Assembly (NCBI RefSeq): GCF_006345805.1
Contig: NC_042997.1
Location: 194,928,001-194,992,000 of the forward strand
Reading direction: 5' to 3'
DNA length: 64,000 nt
DNA from: Octopus sinensis
Lineage: Eukaryota
Below, piece after piece: positions 1 through 12,400 of this stretch (its first letter is position 1; each line of letters opens with the position of its first letter). The notes beneath the pieces were generated by a model. It made no database searches. It was not told the origin of the DNA and saw nothing but the letters and a program-made list of their open reading frames with translations. The position numbers were made by a program, and so were the translations under genes.

Positions 1-1101
1 GAGGTATGACGTTTCGAGCGGAGCTCTTCGTCGGAAACATAAAGAAGGAAGAGGAGAGGAAAGAAAGATCCCAGAGCGGGCAACAGGGAAAGAGAAAAAA
101 GACGACTGGTGTTTACGAGTTGCACATGGTGAAAGGCGGATGTTGACGATAACAAAGCAAAGTGGGTTTTTAAAGGCAAAAGAGTGGAGACAAGGTTGGT
201 AACCCAACAGATGTGTGTGTATGTGTGAGTGTGTGCATGTGCGTGTGTGTATGTGTGTGTGTGAGGCGAGATGAAAAAACAAAAAAATATATGTGTGTGT
301 TAGTGTGTGCGTCTGTGTGTAGGCGTGTGAGGTAGGGCGAGACTAGTGGTCAGCTAGCAGACAGTAGTAAGAAAAAGAAGGAAGGAGGAAGGGAGGTCAG
401 TAGTAAGAAAAAGAAGGAAGGAGGAAGGGAGGGAGGGGAAGGGGTGGGGGCGTATGTAGCGTGCCAGCGTGTGTTGAGTAGTAGTGTGTGTGTGTGTCCA
501 GTGTCGTGGTGGTATTAATGAGTAGATTGAATGTGTGTAAGAGTGATGTATATATATAGGCAAGGTGTGTATATGTGTGCGCGTGTGTGTAACGAAAAAG
601 GGGGGGGGTTAAGGAAAAAGGACTCCAGCTGAGGGGAAGATGGAAGAGTGGTACCGCGGAGACAGGTGTGGGAAAACCCAACGACACGCGACGGTCCCAG
701 GAACGGGCGGGAGGTCTCGTCAGGTCCAAGGGCGAGGTGTATGCGACGCGTATGCAACGCAATAATTATTTGAGGGAATATTAACGTATATAATTGTTAT
801 TCTACCAATTATATACGTTTTTATTATTTTTTTTGCAATTTACTTAATTATTGATATTTTATTGCTATTTTAATTTTAATATTTCTATTATATGTAATTT
901 TGTAGATGGTGTAATTTAATTGTTCATTTTGAATTGATAAAAGGTGGCTTTTTCTAATTTTTATATATATATATATATTACAGATATAGGGTGAAATATA
1001 ATTAATTTAATAAAATCAACAAATTTCACCTAGTAGTATTTCGGTATGGAAAAGGACCATATTTGGTAAAAATTTATATAATTATAAAAACCCTTATTAT
1101 G

Positions 1102-1104
<3 letters not shown>

Positions 1105-1168
<64 letters not shown>
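1105..1168. repeat. (TA)n microsatellite
   Basis: Direct reading. Confidence 0.95.
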
Positions 1169-1170
<2 letters not shown>

Positions 1171-2723
1171 TTTGTGTATATATGTATACAGTGTGCATAG
1201 GTACAAGCGAGAAGTCCGAAACAGTATTGAATGCCAAAAAAGCAAGAGTTAACCATGGTTAATACAGAAAGCATCTCATTCTTGGATATATGAATTTGAC
1301 ATTCTTGATCATCAGACTGGATGTGAAGTGTAGAACAGGTAATCTGTTGTTCAGAATAGGTGGGAGAAAGGGAGGACTGTAACCTTTGACCTGAGTCTTG
1401 ACCTAAATATTCACAACAGAGTGAACTCCATTAAAAGCAACCAAAGGCCAAGTTGTGATGTTTAACCCTTCAGCATTTAAACTGGTCATATCCAGCCTCT
1501 CACACATACTCTACAATATCATTCTAAGCATAAAAACAACCACTGTCCAGGGACCACCGTGACAAAAAATAGATCTAACATTTCTCCTGTGTGTTGTAAG
1601 ATTGTTGTTTCGATTCCTGGACCAGGTAGTGCATTGTGTTCTTGAGCAAAACACTTCATTTCACATTGCTCAACTGGTAAAAATGGGTAATCCTGCGACA
1701 AGCCAGCATCCTATCCATGGAGGAATATATATGCCAGAGAATTGGCCCTCATCTCCTTATGCAGTTATGTGGAATAACCAGGGCATTACTGGTATCTTTG
1801 TCATCAAAGAAAGGTAAAGTTGCCCTTGGCAGGATTTGAACTCAGAACATAAGAGAAGCAACTAAATATTGAAAGATGTGATCCCCATTAACAAAAGCTG
1901 TGCCTGATGGTCACAAACATTTAACAAACAATTACAGTTACTCTTTTACTTGTTTCAGTCATTTGACTGAGGCCATGCTGGAGCACCGCATTTAGTTGAG
2001 CACATCGACCCCAGGACTTATTCTTTGTAAGCCTAGTACTTATTCTATCAGTCTCTTTTGCCGAACCCCTAAGTTATGGGGATGTAAACACACCAGCATC
2101 GGTTGTCAAGTGATGTTGGGGGGAACAAACACAGACACACAAACATATACATACGACAGGCTTCTTACAGTTTCTGTCTACCAAATCTACTCACAAGGCT
2201 TTGGTCGGCCTGAGGCTATAGTAGAAGACACTTGCCCAAGGTGCCATGCAGTGGGACTGAACCCGGAAACATGTGGTTCGTAAGCAAGCTACTTACCACA
2301 CAGCCACTCCTATGCCTAATGTATGTAAAAAAAAAATACAAAAAAGATATTGTCCAGTCTGGAGCAGTATTATTGTAATCTCTAGCTTATAGGGGGCAAG
2401 TGATAACAGATGATGGCACAGTGCTAAAGGGGACTCACCTAAATAGATCTTTTGGCTCTCTCTCTCCCTCTCTCACACAGTAAAAACACATTCATACATG
2501 CTAAGAACACTCAAGAGAGACTCTATGTATCTCCTGATCTACTAGAAATAGCAGACAAATCTTCCTCAAATCACCTTAGTATCTGTATAAAACGTAGGAC
2601 ATATTGGATAATGTAGTCTTAGATTTGTTGTTTGATTAAAAGACAAGATGACATGGCTGGAATGCCTTTGATTTCATTACTGACCTAGGGTTAAATAACA
2701 ACATAACATCAAAGTAGTATTAC

Positions 2724-2800
2724 CTGATATTCTGCAGCCAGTGGAACCAGATGCTGTCATAGTAATCAGGGATGAAGCACAGGAGGTGATTGGTAACAGC
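2724..2800 (-). CDS. VARS2: VARS2 exon 13
   Basis: [25 protein letters not shown](R)|gtaata; the expected next exon (DWCISRQLWWGH) was not found in 1-2723. Confidence 0.88.
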
Positions 2801-4549
2801 CTGGTTAATATGAATAAATTAGAGCAATAATTAGAATAATTTATGCAAGAAATGTATCATCCTCCCCACCTGACACTATTGTCTTATGTTCCAGGACTAA
2901 TAGGGCCAGTTGCCTGGTTTCTGTGGTGTATAAGTGGCTGAAATCACGATATCCCAGAAATTTTAAGAAATATTTTTTACTGGAAAATGATGTACAAATG
3001 TAATCATTCATATAGGAAGTTGACTCATTTAATGTCAGAATAGGCTTTTACAGAAAAAATACAATGAAGTTGATTTTTATTTATGCTGGATGGTGATAAA
3101 GGGCCTCTCACTCAGAGTAAAAGGTAGACTATATGACACATATGTACGAACAGCCATAATACATGGCAGTGAAACATGGGCTGTGACTGCTGAGGAAATG
3201 CATAAGCTTGCAAGGAATGAAGCCTGTATGCTCTGCTGAATGTGTAATGTCAGTGTGCATACACAACAGAGTGTAAGTGCCGTGAGAGAAAAGGTGGACC
3301 TAAGAAATCAGATGTGGTGTGCAAGAGAGACGACTGCACTGGTATGGTCATGTGGTGAGAATGGATGAGGATAGCTGTGTGAAAAAGTGTCACCCTAACA
3401 GTCGAGGGAAACTGTGGAAGAGGTAGACCCAAGAAGACCTGGGATGAGGTGGTGAAGCACGACTTTTGAACATTAGGCCTCACCGAAGCAATGACTAGTG
3501 ACCGAGACCTTTGGAAATATGCTGTGCTTGAGAAGACCCAGCAAGCCAAGTGAGACCATAACCTGTGGCCTATGCCAGTGGGGTAACCAGCCCACTTATG
3601 AGTACCTTTCCTTCATTGGACAATAAACTCTGCTTGCTAAGACCTGTTGAGGCAAGTGAAATCGAAATCAAATTCGCTGATGTGGCTGATGACAGCACTG
3701 CATGACTGGCATCCGTGCTAGCGGAACGTGAAGAGCCCCATCCAAGTGTGATCGTTGTCAGGGTCGCTTACTGGCTCCTGTGCTGGTGGCACATAAAAAG
3801 CACCATTCGAGCATGATTGTTACCAGCGTCACCTTACTAGCACTTGTGCTGGTGGCACATGAAAAACAACATTTGAGCAAGGTCGTTGCCAGTGCCGCTG
3901 GACTAGCTCCTGTGCAGGTGGCACGTAAAAAGCACCATTTGAGCCTGGCCGTTGCGAGTACCGTAAAAGCACCCACTACACTCTCAGAGTGGTTGGTGTC
4001 AGGAAGGGCATCTAGCTGTAGAAATTCTGCTAGATCAGACTGAAGCCTGGTGCAGCCATCTGGTTCGCCAGTCCTCAGTCAAACCGTCCAACCCATGCTA
4101 ACATGGAAAGCGGACGTTAAACGATGATGATGATGGCATAATGCTTACTTTTTCTGCATAAATTTACTAATGTCAACCACTTTCCAGAGTGTACTGGATG
4201 CATTTTACATGGCACCTGCTTTTTATGTGGCACCAGAATAAAATAACTACTAGGTTGACATGATAACAAGAATAATTTGAAACGGGTGTCCCAGCATGAC
4301 CATAAGTTAAACACGTAATCTATTGGAGACCCTAATCTTTGTTGTAATATATTTTGTAAACTTCATTTTAGCAGATCACACACACAGGTAGAAATAGTTC
4401 TAATCAAGGTTTTTGTTTATTTTCTTGCAGTCTTTATCTTTGGGAAAACTCACCTGAGTTGCTTTGGTTGCCATTTCTTTACAATTGAGGAACCACTGGT
4501 CCATCAGAAGAGGTTCAATAACATCTTTGGAACGACTATAATAATAAAC

Positions 4550-4594
<45 letters not shown>

Positions 4595-4606
4595 GTAACA
4601 GTAGTA

Positions 4607-4653
<47 letters not shown>

Positions 4654-6367
4654 ATACTAGTAATAATAATGATTTCAAATTTTGGCACAAGGGAGTGCAT
4701 CAACAGTGAAAGAAGAAACATGGCAGAATATTTGGTAAACAGCAAAGAAAACCTGCTACAGTATGCTGCTAGTGCAGAAGGAATTAACAAAAATGGATTT
4801 GAGAGTGCTCATGAATTCTGAACAAGAACAGCCAACAAGAGAGAAGAAACCCTACTCCTTATGGAATTACATGGTCAGTTCTACCGTGAAACCAACAAAT
4901 TAAAAGACCAGGAAGCTTCATGGAGGTGGCTCAACAAGGGTGACCTAGAAAAAAATACTGAAAGCCTAATCATTGCAGCCCAGGACCAGGCATTGAATGC
5001 CAACTCAGTGAATGAGAATATATACCGCACAAGTGCATCGGACCCCTGCAGAATATGTGGGAAGAGGGTCGAAAGTGTGACCCGCATTGTTAGTGTTTGT
5101 GAAACACTTGCGCTGAAAGAGTACAAGCATAGACACAACAAGGTAGCCCAATATCTCCACTGGCTACTATACCGTAAGTATGAATATGAGGGTGCTTGAT
5201 ACCAACATACACCGAAAAAAGTATGGACAAAAAGGGGAAGGCAAAAATCCTCTGGGACTTTGATTTCCAGACAGACAAAATGTTAGAGCACCGAAGACCA
5301 GATATAGTAACCTTTATGAGGGACAGACAAGAGGACCTAATAATCGATGTAGCAGTGCCAGAGGATCAACATATCATCATGAAAGAAAGAGAAAAAGTTG
5401 ATAAATATGAAGACCTGAGAATTGAGATTGCTAAGATGTGGCAGCTACGAGAGTCAAAAATAAAGGTTATCCCTCTTGTTATTGGAGCAGGGGTTCAACA
5501 CCATGCATTTTGCCTGGCGTGCTAAAGTTTCTGCTTGCTCGCCGCTATAATAACAACAACAACAACAATAACAATAATAATAATTGAGAAAGAAATTGGA
5601 AGATCCTGGTGAGAAAGACAAAGAGATTGTGGAAGACTAAGATGACAAATAATTCCTGTGGTAAATGGTGCATTTGGTCAGCATAACACCCACCCTCACT
5701 GGCCCTCGTGCCGGTGGCATGTAAAAGCACCCACTACACTCTCGGAGTGGTTGGCGTTAGGAAGGGCGTCCAGCTGTAGAAACTCTGCCAGATCAGATTG
5801 GAGTCTGGTGCAGCCATCTGGTTTGCCAGTCCTCAGTCAAATTGTCCAACCCATGCTAGCATGGAAAGCGGACGTTAAATGATGATGATGATGGTGATGA
5901 TTCTTTTTAAACATCAAAATGGCAATGAGGGTCAATCTGAGTAAAATAGGAACCAAAGGGTGAAAAAATGGTTGAGAAATATTGCTGTAAAGCAGGAGTG
6001 GGGAAACAGTTTAGTGCGGTGGGTAAAAATTTCCAAAGATAAAGGTTCGCGGGCGGATCACAAGTTCTAACTCTTATATTTGTGTACATCTTGTAATTCA
6101 ATATACATTAATAAAGATAAGTTTAACACCTAATATTAACACGTAACATCTTCATTAATGCCGCCACTGAATTTAGGATGTTTATATTACTTATGAGGTA
6201 TTCTTTATTTTTCCCTTAGAGTGTAGTTGGGTCTCAAGGGGGTGGTACAAACCTAGTAATATGTGTTTTATAGTGAAAACAAAATTTCCATTCAAATGGC
6301 AATTACCGGACGATTTTCTGTTCGAGTCTGACCATTTTAAGCCATGGTGGAAATGCGACGAATATTG

Positions 6368-6401
<34 letters not shown>

Positions 6402-9400
6402 GTTTAACATCCATTTTCCATGCTAGCATGGGTTGCACGGTTCAACTGGAGTCTGGGAAGCCAGGAGGCTGCACCAGGCTCCAGTCTGATCTGGCAGTGT
6501 TTCTACAGCTGGATGCCCTTCCTAACGCCAACCACTCCGTGAGTGTATATAATTGATAAATTTACTATATTCTGTATATACAATATACCAGCCTGCAGGT
6601 GCAATAAAGGGGAATCATGGGTGCATTTGTGCCTGTGGGCGTGGGTTTCCCCCACCCCTGCTGTAAAGGTTCTGAAGTAAGCACCACAAGACATTGTGTC
6701 AGATGCTTCACTGAGCCTGCCAAACCAACATTTAACTTAATTGACATGGAATATTTAATTACCTGCAGACAGGAAGCATCATGGAATGATTGATCGTTCC
6801 ATGGTATAAGTCTTTCTGTTTTAAGGATTTTACCACAGCTTGTCTTGCATCAAACCTCTTCATTCCCTGAAAAAAATAAAAACCAAATATTGGTTTAAAA
6901 CTAAAAAAGATATAACAACAACACTAATAAAAAACACAATAATGTATATTTGGCTAACTGGCTTCCATGCCGGTGGCACGTGGAAGGCACCATTCAAGTG
7001 AGTTCATTGCCAGTGTCGCCTTACTGGCACTTGTGCCCCGTGCTAGTAGGGTGCTAAGAGCAACATCCGAGCGTGATCGTTGCCAGAGCGGCTAACTGAC
7101 TTCCGTGCCGGTGGCACGTAAAAGGCACCATTCGAACGTGATCGTTACCAGCGTCACCTTACTGGCACTTGTGCTGGTGGCATGTGTAAAAACATTCGAG
7201 CGAGGTCGTTGCCAGTACCGCCTGACTGGCCCCCGTGGTGGTGGCACATAAAAGCACCCACTACACTCTCGGAGTGGTTGGCGTTAGGAAGGGCATCCAG
7301 CTGTAGAAACCCTGCCAGATCAGATTGGAGCCTGGTGCAGCCATCTGGTTTGCCAGCCCTCAGTCAAACCGTCCAACCCATGCTAACATGGAAAGCGGAC
7401 GTTAAACGATGATGATGAATAATAATCCTTTCTACTATAAGCACAAAGCCTGAAAACTGGGAGGGGGTGGGGCAGTCGATGACATCAACCCCAGTACCTG
7501 ACTGGTACTTATTTGGTAGACCTTGAAAAGATGAAAGACAAAGTCAATCTCAGCAGAAGTAGAACTTAGACCATAAAGCTGAAAGAAATGCTGCTAAGCA
7601 GTTTGTTTGTTGTGCTAAATATTCTGCCAGCTTGCCACCTTAATAATAACCATTTCTCGGTCAATAAATTAAGTACCAGTTGCATACTGTTTGTTTGTTT
7701 GTTCCTTCTCGAGCCATGTCTGGCTCATAAGGGCCGGTTTCCCAGTTTCATTGGCATATAGGTTCCCCACCTGGACAGGATGCTGGTCCGTTGCAGGTGA
7801 GCTGCAAGATGCAGGAGGAAAGAGTGAGAGAAAGTTGTGGCGAAAGAGTCAGCAGAAGTTTCGCCATTACCTTCAGCCGGAGCCGCATGGAGCTTAGGTG
7901 TTTCGCTCATAAACACACACATTGCCCGGTCTGAGATTCGAACCCGCGATCCCTCGACCACGAGTCCGCTGCTCTAACCACTAGGCCATGTGCCTCCACA
8001 AAGTTGCATACTGGGGGTGATCTAATTGACTAGACCCCTCCCCCAAAATTTCAGGCCTTGTGCCCAGAATAGAAAAGAATAATAATCCTTTCTATTATAG
8101 GCACAAGGCTTGAAATTTTTGGGGAGGGGGCTAGTCGATTACATCGACCCCAGTGTTTCACTGGTACTTAATTTATCGACCCCAAAAGGATGAAAGGCAA
8201 AGTCAACCTCGGCAGAATTTGAACTCAGAATGTAGCGACAGGCAAAATACTGCTAAGCATTTCATCCAGAGTGCTAATGATTCTGCCAGCACACCACCTT
8301 TAAAAAAAATAATGGCTTCAAATTTTACCACAAGGGCAGCCATTCTGGGGGAGGGGAGGTGTCGATTACATAGACCCCAGTGTTCAACTGGTACTTAATT
8401 TATCGACCCCGAAAGGATGAAAGGAGGAACCCAAAATCACAGCAGAAGATTCAGAAGACAGAAGGATGAAATTAAATAACGTAAGGTATTTCGTCTAGCT
8501 TTGAACCATTTCTGATTTTGTAGTAGAAATATTAGGAGTCTCACCTCAAAAGGAGCACCAACATTGCACATAAGACCAGAGTCATCAATGATAGAGAAAG
8601 AAATTGGTAAACCATGCCGCTCACAAACTTCATAGTCCGTTTGATCATGACAAGGGGTCAGTTTGACAGCACCTGGAAAATGAAATACATTTATTGGTCA
8701 GTCAAATAATTATTTCAAATAATGTGAAAGGAGTATAGGGTGCCATTAGCATTTTGGTAAATGGAATCTACAACTTTGGTCATCATTGTCATCATAGGCA
8801 TAGGAGTGGCTGTGTGGTAAGTAGCTTGCTAACCAACCACATGCTTCCGGGTTCAGTCCCACTGCGTGGCACCTTGGGCAAGTGTCTTCTACTATAGCCT
8901 CGGGCTGACCAAAGCCTTGCAAGTGGATTTGGTAGACGGAAACTGAAAGAAGCCCGTCTTATATATGTATATATATATGTGTGTGTGTGTATACGTTTGT
9001 GTGTCTGTGTTTGTCCCCCTAGCATTGCTTGACAACATTGCTGGTGTGTTTATGTCCCCGTCACTTAGCGGTTAGGCAAAAGAGACTGATAGAATAAGTA
9101 CTAGGCTTACAGAAAATAAGTTTGGGGTCGATTTGTTCGACTAAAGGCGCTGCTCCAGCATGGCCACAGTCAAGTGACTGAAACGAATAAAAGAAAAGAA
9201 AAAAGAATAACCCATTATTCTGTGGCAGATACCGGTGTCATGCAAGTAGCACCTGTGCCGGTGGCATGTAAAAGCACCCATTACACTCTTGGAGTGGTTG
9301 GCGTTAGGAAGGGCATCCAGCAGTAGAAAACCATGCCAACAGCCCAATCAAACCAACCAACCCATGCCAGCAAGGAAAACGGTTGTTAAATGATGATGAT

Positions 9401-12400
9401 GATGATTTAATGCTTACATTGTTTTCAATTAATCTTGCATTATTTTGTAGCCTTGCGACCTCAATGATGCAATTGTTTAATTTTAGAATGACGCCAGTGG
9501 CATGTAAAAAGCAACCACTAAACTCTCGGAGTGTTTGGCGTTAGGAAGGGCATCAAAATATAGAAACCTTGCCAGATCAGAATGGAGCCTGGTGCAGCCA
9601 TCTGGCTTGCCAGTCCTCAGTCAATCGTCCAACCCATGCTAGCATGGAAAGCGGACGTTAAACGATGATGATGATGATGATGACATTGTAGGATTTGATG
9701 AATACAGTTAAATAATACACCCTGAAGGTGGTGTGCTCCAGCATGGCTGCAGTTCAATGACGAAAACAAGTGAAAGAATAAGGAAATATAGTTATAGAAT
9801 GCAAGAATTAACATGAGAGAGGGAGAGAGAGAAAGAAAGAGAGAGAGAGGGGAGAGAGAGAGAAAGGGAGGGAGAGAAAGAGAGGGAGAGAGAGAAAGAG
9901 AGGGAGAGAGAGAAAGAGAGGGAGAGAGAGAAAGAGAGGGAGAGATAGAGAAAGAAAGGGAGAGAGAGAGGGAGAGAAAGAGAAAGAGAGAGAGAAAGAG
10001 AGGGAGAGAAAGAGAAAGAGAGGGAGAGATAGAGAAAGAAAGAGAGAGAGAGAGAGATATGAACCTTCTCCAAACTCTTTGTCGACAAACTCATCAGCAA
10101 TGACGGGAATCTTTCGATCTGAAAATGGATGCTGAAGTAAGGCTCCATGAAGATGTTGGTAACGAGAATCTTCGGGATGTACAGCCACAGCCACATCCCC
10201 AAATACTGTCTCTGGACGAGTGGTGGCCACAATGATTTTTTCATCTGTGAAGTCAGAATAAAACAAAATATTAGCAACACAAAAATATGGAATGTATATT
10301 TTAATACAGGACTTTTTTTTTTTACTAGGGACCCTCTAATCTGAACCTGAAAATATTTCAGCCCTGATTAACCCTTTTGTTACCAGATTTATTTTGAGAT
10401 GTGTTATAAACCCAAACTCAAATATTAAAGTTTTAAAAGGTGTAGTGATGTCATTTTCCAGTGTGTGCACACACAACGTCATTCTTCAGTGTGCGTGTGC
10501 GGAACGTCATTCTTCAGTGTGCGTGTGCGGGGCTGGAACCTTCTGGAAAGGCCTAATGAAGTTCCCTCATGCACATGTGCAAGAGACTGGGGAAGAAAAT
10601 TCTATCACGTTTTTGTTAGCGTCGGTGACTTGAGACACGGCTATTGAAGAGAGAGGACGTGTTAAATGTGTGATCAGCAATTCTCCTGTCCCAGACGCTT
10701 AGGATTTGACCCGCTCTGTTGCAGCTGAATTTGTTATAAGAATCTTACAAATGTTAAAGTTCAGTCTTGCTATATCGAACCAAGTGGATACCAATATACC
10801 AACGTACTTCTTTTGTAAATAAGAAAATGAAGAGTAATATATATTTTTACGGTTGCGTTCTTGTTCCTGACTGGTAGATTCTGGAAATTAAAGAAAGGAA
10901 ATTGGTTGCACCCGAACAGTGTAAAGAATTAACCAGTTCCATTACAAAGGTTTTAATCGACTAAAAATACAGCAATCTACAATACAAACAAAGATTGCGA
11001 AATTGTAAGCAAAACCAAACTTCAACGCGATAACATTTTTATGCAGCGAGTTGCTACATTCTCGACTAACTAAAATCAACGCTGAACATGTCATGTCGCA
11101 AACAGAACAGAACTCTGCACAGTTGCACTGCAGGCATATAACAGCAATCGAGACAATCAAAATCACGTGATCAAAACTAAAATCACAATTAAGTTATCGC
11201 CGTATCTTGAATATTTTCTAAAAGTCTAAGGTGAGTTGAAGATGATGTTAATCCCGAGATAAATGTGTCACAAACAGCTTCATTTTTGTGAGTCTCAGTG
11301 TCCACAGCTCTGTACCCAGTGAAGGGTATACATATAAATATAATATAACAAAGAATTTAGTAAAATAACTTAGTCATCATTAAGCTAGTGTTAGGAACAT
11401 AAATTGTGACTAAGGTTTGGTGGAAGATTTTAGTTCAGAACTTATGAAAACAAGACATTTGTACTACAGAGCCGGAGTCGGTTTCAGCCGGGTTGGTAAC
11501 AAAAGGGTTAAACAGCTCAGTAATCCTTCCTCATTAACAAGGATAACAACCATTTGGAATTTTTTTTACAGCTCACATTTTTCTAGTGGACATCAACTTT
11601 ATGTATGTTTAAATTGAACATCTACTTCATCACTTCACTAGTCAAGAAAAGTCTGCAATGATCAATAGCACAGCCACAGATTTTTTGATAAATTATTAGA
11701 AAAAACAATATTAAGATCACAGCTAAGGCAGTGAGTGGCAAAATCTTTAGCACACCAGGCGAAATGCTTAACTGCATTTTGGCTGTCTTTACGATCTGAA
11801 TTAAAATTCTGACAAAGTCAACTTTGCCCTTCATCCTTTCAGGGTCAATAAAATAAGCACCAGTTGAGTACAGAAGTTGATGTGACCAACTTACTCCACC
11901 TCCTCCATAATTGCTGGCCTTGTGCCAAAATTTGAAATCAATATTAAGTTCATAGCAGCTAGTTGCTATGACACTGAATAAATATGTATGAAGATCTTTG
12001 ACAAGACTTACCGGTTCCTACAACAGGATATGCAAATGAGGTTAAAGTTCCAAACTGTACTTTCTTAGAATAACCAGGAATTTCAAGTTTGGTCTTCCCT
12101 TTCAACTGCAACATTTCTATCTGAGAAATAAAATAAAGAAAACATCATGCATAATAGGTAAGTGGTTAAAATGCTGGATTAATGAACCCATGGATCACAA
12201 GTTCAAAGCTACATACTGACAGAGAACCCTTAGTCAAGGCATTTTTGCCAGTACCGCCTGACTGGCCCTCGTGCCAGTGGCACGTAAAAGCACCCACTAC
12301 ACTCATGGAATGGTTGGCATTAGGAAGGGCACCCAGCTGTAGAAACTCTGCCAGATCAGATTGGAGCCTGGTGCAGCCATCTGGTTCGCTAGACCTCAGT

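Noticed and set aside
1-2723. VARS2 exon 14 (DWCISRQLWWGH)
   Set aside because: Searched the minus strand by eye and did not find it; presumed outside the window.
7900-8001. tRNA genes at SINE heads (also 24437, 31440-31515, 42200)
   Set aside because: A/B boxes are present but run into SINE bodies with no complete cloverleaf.
9792-10280. Long ORFs of 152-162 aa
   Set aside because: Only 10065-10244 is exon; the remainder is read-through into the (CT)n repeat past the donor.
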